From an uncultured Candidatus Saccharibacteria bacterium (GTDB lineage Bacteria > Patescibacteriota > Saccharimonadia > Saccharimonadales > AWTP1-31), in contig CAZWJA010000002.1 of NCBI GenBank assembly GCA_964634445.1, positions 9,844-73,843 on the forward strand: a DNA stretch of 64,000 nt, read 5' to 3'. The notes under the pieces were generated by a model. It was not told where the DNA came from. It ran no database searches and saw only the letters and a list, made by a program, of their open reading frames with translations. Each line of letters opens with the position of its first letter. The stretch's first letter is position 1. Below are positions 31,722-40,628 of the stretch, one piece after another. Both the position numbers and the translations under genes were made by a program.

Positions 31722-32813
31722 TCAGCTTTTCAGTGGCATGATCACGTGCGTATAGCCGGGCTCAGACGCATCCTTAAGCACGCAGGGCTCTAGTTTGCCG
31801 TTAAAGCACAGATTTACTTCATCGCCGTTCAAAGTTCCTAGAGCGTCCAGCAAATAGCGCGAGTTGAGGGTTATGTTTCCGTCGCTGGTAATGCTGGCAT
31901 CAGCACTGGCTGTGTTTTCTCCCAGCTGCGATGCAATCGAATGGATGCTGACTTGTTTAGTTTCGGTATTCAAGTGAATTGTCACGCTACCAGCGCTTTC
32001 GCGAGCAAACAGGGAAGATACCTTGGTGATATTAACAAAGTCAGCTCGTTTGAGGGTAGCTTCTTTTTCAAAAACAGATGGTACTAGTTTCTTGTAATCC
32101 GGATATTTGCCTTCGATTAGCCTGGTAACTAATTCTGTCTCACCGATCTTGAATAGTACTTGCTGGTCGTCGTGAGTTACATCTATATCCGAGTCGCTGT
32201 CGCTAATCAGCCGAAGCAGCTCATGCATGGCACTGGCAGGAACTAGAAGATCGATTTCTTCCTTAGTTTTCATAACTTCTTTTTCAGCCAGGCGGTAGCT
32301 GTCTGTAGCGGCCATATACAGTTTTCCACCGTCGGTGTGCATATATAATCCAGTTAATACCGGCCGGGCTTCGTCGCTGCTGGCTGCCACCAGTACTTGC
32401 TGAAGCCCTTTTTTGAACTCCTTAGCTGGTAGGTGCCAGGTAATACCTTCAGTTATTGCCGGCATGACAGGGAACTCTTCGCTGGAAACGCCATTAATAA
32501 CCGACTTGTACTGGTCGGTAGTTATATGTAGCTTGTAGTCGTCCAGTTTCAGTTCGATAACTCCGCTCGGCAGACTAGTCACAAAATCTTGCATCAGCCG
32601 GGCAGGAACGGTTATGCTGCCTTCTTCACTAACCTTAGAACCAATATAGTGGGTGATTGCTATATCTAAATTGGTGGCTGCAATTGTTAGACGAGTTCCG
32701 ACTGTCTTTAATATGACATTAGCAAGTATCGGTAAAGTTCCTCTTGTACTGGCTACTCGCGCAACACTATTAAGTGCTTTTGACAGATTTTCCTGAGTTA
32801 CTTGAAGCTTCAT
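31722..32813 (-). CDS. dnaN: DNA polymerase III beta sliding clamp
   Basis: 363 aa. N-terminal MKLQVTQENLSKALNSVARVASTRGTLPILANVIL and C-terminal MPLKS. Position between dnaA and recF. Confidence 0.95.
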   Translation of the reverse strand: MKLQVTQENLSKALNSVARVASTRGTLPILANVILKTVGTRLTIAATNLDIAITHYIGSKVSEEGSITVPARLMQDFVTSLPSGVIELKLDDYKLHITTDQYKSVINGVSSEEFPVMPAITEGITWHLPAKEFKKGLQQVLVAASSDEARPVLTGLYMHTDGGKLYMAATDSYRLAEKEVMKTKEEIDLLVPASAMHELLRLISDSDSDIDVTHDDQQVLFKIGETELVTRLIEGKYPDYKKLVPSVFEKEATLKRADFVNITKVSSLFARESAGSVTIHLNTETKQVSIHSIASQLGENTASADASITSDGNITLNSRYLLDALGTLNGDEVNLCFNGKLEPCVLKDASEPGYTHVIMPLKS

Positions 32814-32827
32814 GCGGGTTCCCCTTT

Positions 32828-33053
32828 GTATATATTTAATATATTAGTAGTAGTCATAGTAAGGTCTGTGGACAATGGGTATAAAGCTCCATTAACAGAG
32901 GTAATTTTAATAAAAACTAACGGTAAAAGCCTGTGCAAAGACTGCGCAAAAGACGACTCTTTTACCCACAGGCTGGGTACAAAATTTGTACGCAAAGTAG
33001 GGGAGGGGACAAATTCAGGGCTTATGAACACGTTTGTGCGTAAGTAATCCACA
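32828..33053. other. Candidate oriC unwinding module in the dnaA-dnaN spacer: DnaA-box-like 9-mers, DnaA-trio-like repeats, AT-rich tract
   Basis: One-mismatch DnaA boxes TAATCCACA 33045-33053, TTACCCACA 32962-32970 and TGTGGACAA 32867-32875. Trios TAG TAG TAG TCA TAG TAA at 32845-32862, separated from the last box by GGTC. AT-only tract tatatatttaatatat adjoins them. Confidence 0.55.
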
Positions 33054-33155
33054 AGCCGTGCACAGGCGTTTTTATATACAAACACATTAAATTCGAGAAA
33101 AGCAAATAGTATACTTAGCTTGTTAAGGATAGTATGGCTAAGATGATTTAGTGTT

Positions 33156-34529
33156 TTAGGCATAAAGCCGCTCCTTTATGTCCGATATAGCACTTCGAAT
33201 GTCAGTATCGAGCGACGATTCTTTTTCAATCTTTTCGACCGAGTGAATAGCAGTCGTATGGTCTTTGCGCCCAAGTTCCCTTGCGATCTTAGGAAAGCTT
33301 AAATGCAGTTCGCTTCTGAGCATATACATAGCTACCTGCCTGGGTACTACTATGTCCTTATCCCTTTTCGGACCAATAATGTCTTCCATTGAAACTTGGA
33401 AATGCTTAGCTGTTCGCTCGACTATCTGTTTAGCAGAAATATGCTTAGGGCGGGTTTTGCCGGAACCAAGCAGGCTTGTCGCTACCTGCAGGTCCGGCTG
33501 CATGCCGCGCATTTCGCAGAATGCCAGGAGCTGATTAAGTGCGCCTTCCAGTTCCCGAATGTTGGTCTGGACGTGAGTAGCCAGATATTCTACGACTGGC
33601 TGGTCGAGCGTGATGCCGTGGGTAGTCGACTTGGTCTGGACGATCGCGCACCTGGTTTCAAAATCAGGTATCTGCATGTCTATGCTCATACCCCAGTTGA
33701 ACCTAGATCTCAAGCGTTCCTCTAAGGTTGGAATTTCTTTCGGTGGCTTATCGCTGGAGATAATAATCTGCTTGTTGGCCTGATGCAGCGCATTAAAGGT
33801 ATGGAAGAATTCCTCCTGGGTTTTTTCCTTGCCAGCAATGAACTGCATATCGTCGACAATTAAAACGTCTGCGCTCCGGTAGAAGCCGGCAAAGTCGGTG
33901 TTCTTCTTGTATCTAATGGCATCTAAGAATTCTTGGACAAACTGCTCGCTGGAAATATAGACGACATGGGCGCTTGGATTCTGAGCCAGAATAGCATTGC
34001 CGACAGCTTGAATCAGGTGGGTCTTGCCGATCCCGACTCCCCCGTACAAGAAAAGCGGGTTGTATCTCTTGCCTGGCGCACTGGCGATTGCCTGGCAGGC
34101 GGCATAGGCTAATTCGTTGCCAGAGCCGACTATGAAGTTTTCAAAGGTATAGCGCTCGTTAAGTCCTAATCTATATGTATGCCGGACGCTGCTAGTTACT
34201 TTCGGCCGGTCAGAAGCAGTAGACGACTGATTGGAAAGTACCATAACTTCGTCTTCTTTTAGCTTTTTGTGCAAGTTGTTCTTGTTGCCGGATTGGATCT
34301 TGTACTCTATCTTTTCTGGCTCGACACCGTTTTTAGCCAGCATATCGGCAATTAGTTGGTTGAACTTGCGCTCCAGCTGGTTCTTAACAAAGACCGACTT
34401 TACGCCAATGACTAAGACATTGTCCTTGTAGCGGATTAGACTGGTGTCTTTGAACCAGGTCACAAAACTGGCACGCGAAACAGACAACTCTATTTCCCCT
34501 AACACTGCTTGCCATAAGCTGTCTTTCAT
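33156..34529 (-). CDS. dnaA: Chromosomal replication initiator DnaA
   Basis: 457 aa. AAA+ Walker A GGVGIGKTHL, Walker B LIVDDMQF, and C-terminal DNA-binding helix DHTTAIHSVEKI. Confidence 0.95.
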   Translation of the reverse strand: MKDSLWQAVLGEIELSVSRASFVTWFKDTSLIRYKDNVLVIGVKSVFVKNQLERKFNQLIADMLAKNGVEPEKIEYKIQSGNKNNLHKKLKEDEVMVLSNQSSTASDRPKVTSSVRHTYRLGLNERYTFENFIVGSGNELAYAACQAIASAPGKRYNPLFLYGGVGIGKTHLIQAVGNAILAQNPSAHVVYISSEQFVQEFLDAIRYKKNTDFAGFYRSADVLIVDDMQFIAGKEKTQEEFFHTFNALHQANKQIIISSDKPPKEIPTLEERLRSRFNWGMSIDMQIPDFETRCAIVQTKSTTHGITLDQPVVEYLATHVQTNIRELEGALNQLLAFCEMRGMQPDLQVATSLLGSGKTRPKHISAKQIVERTAKHFQVSMEDIIGPKRDKDIVVPRQVAMYMLRSELHLSFPKIARELGRKDHTTAIHSVEKIEKESSLDTDIRSAISDIKERLYA

Positions 34530-34586
34530 TTGAACTTAACTACCCTCGCATTTCTATATGACCTATTTTATACAAAATATGAATAG

Positions 34587-34712
34587 TTTTCCACAGCCGT
34601 ATTGCTTACGCTAGAGGTATCATCAAAAATACTTGCCAACAGGTAGGAACTTGTGCACATAGGGGAGCCCTCCCTGACAATCTGTGGAAAACACTAGGCA
34701 TACAGTGGAAAA
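34587..34712. promoter_or_regulatory. Second cluster of DnaA-box-like 9-mers in the dnaA-rpmH divergent spacer
   Basis: TTTTCCACA 34587-34595, TGTGGAAAA 34683-34691 and AGTGGAAAA 34704-34712. Each is 1-2 mismatches from TTATCCACA/TGTGGATAA. Confidence 0.45.
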
Positions 34713-34800
34713 GTTGTTAAAATTAGTGGGTTAAATATTGTCAATTTCACTAGGTTTCGTAGTAAAATTTGAGTAAAGCAACAAATAAGGATTATTTTTC

Positions 34801-34938
34801 ATGCCAAAACGAACATACCAACCAAAAAAACGGCACCGAGCTCGCGAGCACGGTTTCTTCAAACGAATGGCTAGCAAAGCCGGCAAGCGGATTCTAAACG
34901 CTAGGCGCAACAAGGGCAGAGCTCGACTAACTCACTAG
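34801..34938 (+). CDS. rpmH: 50S ribosomal protein L34 (not in ORF track; below its length cutoff)
   Basis: Own translation: [45 protein letters not shown], with a TAG stop at 34936-34938. Confidence 0.92.
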   Translation: MPKRTYQPKKRHRAREHGFFKRMASKAGKRILNARRNKGRARLTH

Positions 34939-34972
34939 GTCCATATTTCCGATCCAGATGTTCGTGATAAAG

Positions 34973-35197
34973 CTATTTGAATGATTTTGTAGGATCTAAT
35001 TGAACTTTTTTCCTTGGAGCTTTTTCGAGCGCTTCTAAGGCAGCTATAGTATCCTTTTTAGATTTATCCCTTGGGGTTGTACGAAGCAAAGCGATATACT
35101 TATTTCGGTACCTGACAACTATTTCTTCTCCAGCATTTACTCTGGCCATAATCGATTCAAGGTTATCGCGTAATTCTTTAACTGATATCGTATTCAT
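34973..35197 (-). CDS. Orphan Phd/YefM-like antitoxin-type protein
   Basis: MNTISVKELRDNLESIMARVNAGEEIVVRYRNKYIALL matches the Phd/YefM N-terminal pattern. There is no room for a toxin gene downstream (34 nt to the rpmH stop). Confidence 0.65.
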   Translation of the reverse strand: MNTISVKELRDNLESIMARVNAGEEIVVRYRNKYIALLRTTPRDKSKKDTIAALEALEKAPRKKVQLDPTKSFK

Positions 35198-35309
35198 ACT
35201 TTCTATTTTATCTTATGCTAGCTATAGTTGCTGACAATCCAACATTAATAATGTACGGTTTATTTATTAGGACAATTACTTTTGAGCGTTTAACGGATAT
35301 ACTAACAAT

Positions 35310-35657
35310 ATGATCTCATTCAAGCACCGGTTTCACGGTTATAATGGACTCCGGTTTGTTTATGCCAATGGTAAAACCGTCAGGTCGTCTTTAATGGCTC
35401 TCCGTTATGCTCAGAACTCCCGCAACACTGATTACCGGTGTGCGGTCATAGTTAGTAAGAAGATCAGCAAATCAGCTGTCAAACGCAATCGGATCAGGCG
35501 CCGGATCTACGAAATCGTCAGAAAAAGCCAGGACAAGCTGGCCTACCCGGCCGACCTGGTTTTCACGGTTTATAGCGAAGATGTTGTCTCTATTGAAGCT
35601 GAAGAGCTAGACAATACAATCAATAAGCTTTTGTCTCAGGCTAAAATCATTATTTAG
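35310..35657 (+). CDS. rnpA: Ribonuclease P protein component
   Basis: RNR motif region KKISKSAVKRNRIRRRIYEIVR. Synteny rpmH-rnpA-yidC. Confidence 0.9.
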   Translation: MISFKHRFHGYNGLRFVYANGKTVRSSLMALRYAQNSRNTDYRCAVIVSKKISKSAVKRNRIRRRIYEIVRKSQDKLAYPADLVFTVYSEDVVSIEAEELDNTINKLLSQAKIII

Positions 35658-35707
35658 ATCTTGACCCATGTTAGAATATTAGTTATTACCAAAGGAGTTT
35701 GTTGTAT

Positions 35708-36655
35708 ATGTTTGGATTGATCGGTGATTTAGTTACGGTATTAGTTATTCAGCCGTTGTTTAACTTCTTAGTTCTTATTTATGCATTAATGCCTGGCCAT
35801 AATTTTGGCCTAGCTATCATTATCTTTACCGCCATAGTCAGGATTCTAATGTGGCCGTTAGTAAAGAAGCAGCTCCACCAAGCAAAAGCCATGCGCGAAC
35901 TACAACCTGAATTGAAGCGGATTAAGCTTGCTGCTAAGGGCGACCGCCAAAAAGAGTCGACCATGATGCTGGAGCTATACAAAGAAAGGGAGATTAACCC
36001 CTTCGCAAGTATCGGCATGGTCTTCCTGCAACTGCCTATTTTCATCGGGCTATATAGCGGTCTAAACAAAATAGTCAAAGACCCAAACCAGATTGTTGAT
36101 TTCAGCTATTCATTCATAAGGAACTTGCCATGGATTGAAACACTTTCCAAAGACATAAAGAAGTTCGACTCGTCTCTGTTTAATATTGTAGATCTGAACC
36201 GGGCGGCAATAAGCAACGGCAAAGTTTATATTCCGGCTATGGTCATAGTAGTTGCCAGCGTAGTTATACAGTACTTCCAGGCTAAGCAGCTGATGCCGCA
36301 AGCCGAGAAGAAGCGCTCGCTTAAAGAGATTATGTCTGAAGCCAGCCAGGGCAAGCAGGCCGACCAATCCGAGATCAATGCCGCAATCGGAAGCAAAACC
36401 ATCTGGCTAATGCCTGGCTTTATATTCATCTTCACTGTTAATATCGCATCCGCATTATCGCTTTACTGGCTGACCAGCGGTCTGGTTGCTTTGTATCAGC
36501 AGAATAAAGTTCTTAATCAGGACAAAGATGAGATGGTTTCATCTACTACCGCTACAACCTCCAATAACAAAGTTATAGAAGCCGAAATAATACCTCCTAA
36601 AAAAAATAAAAACAAAAATACTAATCGGAAAGGCAATAAGAAAAAGAGGAGGTAG
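35708..36655 (+). CDS. yidC: Membrane protein insertase YidC (short, monoderm type)
   Basis: IIIFTAIVRILMWPLVKKQLHQAKAMRELQPELKRIK and ELYKEREINPFAS motifs, with a Lys-rich C-terminal tail. ATG 35708 (SD AAAGGAG 35691-35697) preferred over the track's TTG 35699. Confidence 0.9.
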   Translation: MFGLIGDLVTVLVIQPLFNFLVLIYALMPGHNFGLAIIIFTAIVRILMWPLVKKQLHQAKAMRELQPELKRIKLAAKGDRQKESTMMLELYKEREINPFASIGMVFLQLPIFIGLYSGLNKIVKDPNQIVDFSYSFIRNLPWIETLSKDIKKFDSSLFNIVDLNRAAISNGKVYIPAMVIVVASVVIQYFQAKQLMPQAEKKRSLKEIMSEASQGKQADQSEINAAIGSKTIWLMPGFIFIFTVNIASALSLYWLTSGLVALYQQNKVLNQDKDEMVSSTTATTSNNKVIEAEIIPPKKNKNKNTNRKGNKKKRR

Positions 36656-36663
36656 TTTTCAAA

Positions 36664-37167
36664 ATGGAAGATTCGATCATATATGCCAAGAAGTATTTGG
36701 AAGACATGTTGTCTTTCTTCGGCCTTAATACCGACGTACATGCCACTAACAGCGACGACGAAGTAATTGAGCTCAACATACCCTCCACCCACCTAAACGG
36801 CTTCCTAATTGGCCAGCAGGGCGAAACTGTACGAGCTATGCAGTTCCTAGTCAGCAATGCCCTTAAGAACAACGGTTACGAGATTAGCCGGGTAAATGTC
36901 GACGTGGCCGACTACAAGAAAGCCAGGTCTGAGCGATTAGCCCAAACGGCTCTAGACTGGATACGTGAAGTCAAAGACAGCAAAAAAGAAATGCACCTCA
37001 AGCCTATGAACGCAGCTGACCGGAGGACTATCCATAAGCTGGCAGACGAGCATGGGCTAAAGACTGAATCCCAGGGCGATGGACGCGACAGGCATATTGT
37101 AGTTATGCCCGTATCTGAAACTTTAACTGATACCGACACTGACACTGACGATACAAAAGACAGCTAA
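36664..37167 (+). CDS. jag: Jag/KhpB-like RNA-binding protein (KH-like plus R3H domains)
   Basis: R3H motif region MNAADRRTIHKLADEHGLKTESQGDGRDRHIVV. Position after yidC. C-terminal TDTDTDTDD repeat. Confidence 0.85.
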   Translation: MEDSIIYAKKYLEDMLSFFGLNTDVHATNSDDEVIELNIPSTHLNGFLIGQQGETVRAMQFLVSNALKNNGYEISRVNVDVADYKKARSERLAQTALDWIREVKDSKKEMHLKPMNAADRRTIHKLADEHGLKTESQGDGRDRHIVVMPVSETLTDTDTDTDDTKDS

Positions 37168-37190
37168 ACCAAGGTATTAATATAAGTTAA

Positions 37191-38321
37191 CTATTTAATC
37201 TTAAGCACTTGTTTATACACATCTAGTGTTTGCTCGGCCATTCGTTTCCAGGAATACTTAGCAGCTTGTAGTTTACCTTTTTTAACTAGCTCCTTGGTAA
37301 ATTGCTTGTCGTTTAATACCCGTTCAATTTTGTGAGCCATATCTTCGACATTGTTCGGGTTGAAGTAAAGAGCTGCGTCGCTGTAAATTTCCGGCAGGCA
37401 AGTGGCGTTGCTGCTGACAACTGGCGCACCGTGTACCATGGCTTCAAGTCCTGGCAACCCGAAGCCTTCGCTAAGACTAGGGAAGACATAGGCCTTGGTA
37501 TTCTGATATAGCCACTTTAACTGTTCGTCCGGAAGAAATCCTGTAATGTAAGTAAAATCGTCATATTTCTTTTTGCTTATATATTTTTCTAGTTTTTCGT
37601 AGTACTGTTCTTTTTTGCCTACCAAAACCAACTTTATGTCCGGGTGGCTAGTACGTAGAAAATCGGCAGCCTGCACCAGCTTATCCAGATTCTTATGAGG
37701 AAAGGCTGTACCGACGTACATGATAAATTCAGTATCTTTATCCAGAAAATCTGGTTTTACGGCTTCTACGGCAAGCGGCGGCTCGCTGGCGCAGTAAGTA
37801 TTAGTAGTCTTGCCTTTAGTAAATGGATACTTTTTGGCAAGTTCACCCTTTACGTAGTTGCTAATTGTAATAACGGCTTTAGATTTCTTATTTGTGTACC
37901 AAAATAGAAACCTATATAGCAGCATCTTGAATTTGAATATTGGGTAAGGTGTTTTACCTGCGCGAGTAAATCGCAGCATCGTAAAATCCATTGTGGTCGT
38001 GACTACGGATTTGAAATACAGCAAAGGTTGTTGGTTGAGCGGGAAATGTACTAAGTCTGCCTTTAGAGTATATAGCTGACCGGCAAATCCGAACTGGTCG
38101 AAAGGATTCAGAGAAAATTGCGGGTATTTGCAATCCAGTCGAGTAAAGTTTTCTGCAAATGGCTGCCATTTGTCATCCGGACTAACTAATATCGTATAGC
38201 GGTTGTTACTATCAATTTTTTGAAGGTGCTCAACAAGCCGGTCTATGTATCTACCAGTGCTGGCTCGGCGGATCCTACCATCAATTACAATATGTTTTTT
38301 TAACTCGTTTTCAGATTTCAC
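37191..38321 (-). CDS. Glycosyltransferase family 4 (GT-B)
   Basis: C-terminal E-x7-E region VFPSLSEGFGLPGLEAMVHGAPVV. GTG 38321 (MKSENELKKHIVIDG) preferred over the track's ATG 38390, which would overlap the divergent gene. Confidence 0.8.
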   Translation of the reverse strand: MKSENELKKHIVIDGRIRRASTGRYIDRLVEHLQKIDSNNRYTILVSPDDKWQPFAENFTRLDCKYPQFSLNPFDQFGFAGQLYTLKADLVHFPLNQQPLLYFKSVVTTTMDFTMLRFTRAGKTPYPIFKFKMLLYRFLFWYTNKKSKAVITISNYVKGELAKKYPFTKGKTTNTYCASEPPLAVEAVKPDFLDKDTEFIMYVGTAFPHKNLDKLVQAADFLRTSHPDIKLVLVGKKEQYYEKLEKYISKKKYDDFTYITGFLPDEQLKWLYQNTKAYVFPSLSEGFGLPGLEAMVHGAPVVSSNATCLPEIYSDAALYFNPNNVEDMAHKIERVLNDKQFTKELVKKGKLQAAKYSWKRMAEQTLDVYKQVLKIK

Positions 38322-38338
38322 TAGTACAATTATATTAC

Positions 38339-39628
38339 ATGAACCGAATAAAAACTCTATCGCCTCTGAGCGCCTACATCCTTTTGGCATACATGCCGTT
38401 TCATATATTTTTGGTTCAATCCATGAGCTTGCTTACGGGCGGTTTAAATATCTGGAAAGTGGCTAAAGATGTATTTATTATCTTGCTGACTTTATTTTTT
38501 GTAATAGTGGTTTGGTTAAAATTCCAGCCAAGTAGAACTTATAGATCATTATTTATTATTGCTGTCAGTTATGGTGCTATACATTTAGTTACATGGCTCA
38601 TAAATCCAAATATAGATTCACAAACGGCAATACTTGGAACTGTTTATAATAACCGGTTAATTTGGCTGATTCTTATTGGTGCACCTGCGGCAGTTATTAA
38701 TAAAGGTGCAATTGAAAGAGAAAAGCTGATCAAATTTATCTTAATTATAAGTTCAATTGTTTCCTTGCTAGCAATTTTCCAGTACTTTTTGCCAAAAGAT
38801 TTATTAACTCACCTTGGTTATTCAATCGAACGCGGTGTAAAACCTAACTTTTTTATTGACGACAAACCGGACTTGCCAAGAGTAATGTCTACATTGAGAG
38901 ATCCTAATTCTCTCGGTGCATATTTAGTCATTCCAATTAGCTTACTTGTTGCAATCTACAATAGACATAAGAACAAGTTGTTAATCGGCGGTTTGTTGAT
39001 AATGCATTTGCTAGCTTTATTCCTTACTTTTTCTAGGGGCGCCTGGCTTGGTGTATTTATAGCACTCAGCTCGCTAGCCTGGATGATCAATTCAAAAACT
39101 ATTATAAGGAATAAGAATAAAATAGCAGTAGCATCTTTAGGAATAATGATTGTTATATTTTCTGTCTTTTTGAGCTTTAGAAACCAATATGCGGTTCAAA
39201 ACATAGTGCTACACAGCGATAGTAAAACAGTAGCGGCCGAAGATTCCAACGATCTTCATTTGAAGTTTATTCGAGAAGGAGTTAAGGACATTGTAAAGAA
39301 ACCATTCGGGCATGGACCTGGAACGGCCGGAATTGTTTCGATTCATAACGATAAAGGTGGGCGATTAACCGAAAACTATTACATCCAAATTGGATACGAA
39401 GTCGGCATAATAGGATTGGCTATATTCTTAAGTCTACTAATTCTCGTTTACCGAGAGATAAATAATAACAAAGACAATTTAAGTAGGGCCCTATTATCCG
39501 GGCTCATAGCTTATTCTTCCATGGCTTTGATTATGCACATTTGGTCGAATGAAGCGGTCGCTACTCAATGGTGGCTTCTAGCTGGTATTGCAATAGGATT
39601 AAAAACTAAGAAATCAATCAAAACTTAG
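38339..39628 (+). CDS. O-antigen ligase/polymerase-like (Wzy_C) polytopic membrane protein
   Basis: About 10-12 TM helices. Wzy_C-type loop LFLTFSRGAWLGVFIAL. Confidence 0.75.
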   Translation: MNRIKTLSPLSAYILLAYMPFHIFLVQSMSLLTGGLNIWKVAKDVFIILLTLFFVIVVWLKFQPSRTYRSLFIIAVSYGAIHLVTWLINPNIDSQTAILGTVYNNRLIWLILIGAPAAVINKGAIEREKLIKFILIISSIVSLLAIFQYFLPKDLLTHLGYSIERGVKPNFFIDDKPDLPRVMSTLRDPNSLGAYLVIPISLLVAIYNRHKNKLLIGGLLIMHLLALFLTFSRGAWLGVFIALSSLAWMINSKTIIRNKNKIAVASLGIMIVIFSVFLSFRNQYAVQNIVLHSDSKTVAAEDSNDLHLKFIREGVKDIVKKPFGHGPGTAGIVSIHNDKGGRLTENYYIQIGYEVGIIGLAIFLSLLILVYREINNNKDNLSRALLSGLIAYSSMALIMHIWSNEAVATQWWLLAGIAIGLKTKKSIKT

Positions 39629-40586
39629 GTATTTTTGGCGGCCTACCTTTATAAAGCAGGCTGTCTATGTATTTACTGGATACTTTCTTACTATGCTGAA
39701 TCTTGGATCTTTGAGAAATAATATAAGGCGTATAAGATATCGTTTTAATTACGCTTTTAAAGAAAACCACTACTTTGCCTTTTATTAACGAACTGATCAT
39801 AAGCTTGACTGATTGGATGAAAAAGAAGGGCAGGTATTTAAAGTACAACTTTGTGGGCATATTCTTTGCGTAAAGCAGGAAAAAATTCTTTGTTGCATGA
39901 TAACGAGTAAAGTCACCATGCTTACTGCTTGTAGCACCAACGTGGTGGAATGCAGTTGCTTTTGGTTCATACCAGACTTTCCATCCGGCAAGTTGCGCCC
40001 TGTAGCTAATATCTACGTCTTCGTAATAAGCAAAGAACTTTTCATCGAATAAACCAATAGCCTTAAGCATTTCTATCCTATATAACGAAGCACCGCCAGT
40101 TCCGCTAAAAACATACTCAGCTTTGTCATACTGTGCTTTGTCTATCTGGTTGCGCCCTCTTGGAAACGGCACGCCCCAGATACTGTAGCAATCTCCAGTA
40201 CTGTCAAAGCTCAATTTATCGCTACGCAGTAATTTGCCAGTTACAATTCCCGTTTCTGGATGCTGCTCAGCAGCACTAACCAATTTTTCAAGCCAATCTT
40301 TGCTTGCAACGGCATCGTTATTAAACAGGGCAACAAAATCAGCTTTATTCTCCATGGCATATTTAATGCCTGTATTTACGCCTCCGCTGAAACCAGTGTT
40401 CTTTTCAAGTTTTATTAATTTAACTTTTGGAAATTCTGACTCAATTATGTCTATCGACTTATCAACAGATCCATTGTCTACGACAACTACTTCTGAATTA
40501 ATAGTCTGCTTAATTAACGAATTTAGGCAATTAGATATTAAATCTTCACCATTCCAATTAGGGATTACAATAAATATCTTTTTCAT
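39618..40586 (-). CDS. Glycosyltransferase family 2
   Basis: IVIPNWNGEDLISNCLNSLIKQT, VVVDNGSVD and LFNNDAV (GT-A DxD-type) motifs. Confidence 0.85.
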   Translation of the reverse strand: MKKIFIVIPNWNGEDLISNCLNSLIKQTINSEVVVVDNGSVDKSIDIIESEFPKVKLIKLEKNTGFSGGVNTGIKYAMENKADFVALFNNDAVASKDWLEKLVSAAEQHPETGIVTGKLLRSDKLSFDSTGDCYSIWGVPFPRGRNQIDKAQYDKAEYVFSGTGGASLYRIEMLKAIGLFDEKFFAYYEDVDISYRAQLAGWKVWYEPKATAFHHVGATSSKHGDFTRYHATKNFFLLYAKNMPTKLYFKYLPFFFIQSVKLMISSLIKGKVVVFFKSVIKTISYTPYIISQRSKIQHSKKVSSKYIDSLLYKGRPPKIPKF

Positions 40587-40628
40587 ACCGCTTACAAGTA
40601 TTCTATAATACTAGGACAAATACCCCGC

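Noticed and set aside
32802-33163. 81-aa (+) and 117-aa (-) ORFs filling the dnaA-dnaN spacer
   Set aside because: There are no SD sequences or recognisable motifs, and the two mutually overlap. The region is better explained as oriC (DnaA boxes, trio-like repeats, AT tract).
34731-34913. 60-aa minus-strand ORF from the track
   Set aside because: It is antisense to an unmistakable rpmH (L34) coding sequence on the plus strand.
37116-37150. Short (GAYACY)n tandem repeat encoding TDTDTDTDD at the Jag C-terminus
   Set aside because: It is a small in-frame low-complexity tail with only a few units. There is no evidence that it is a functional repeat or contingency locus.
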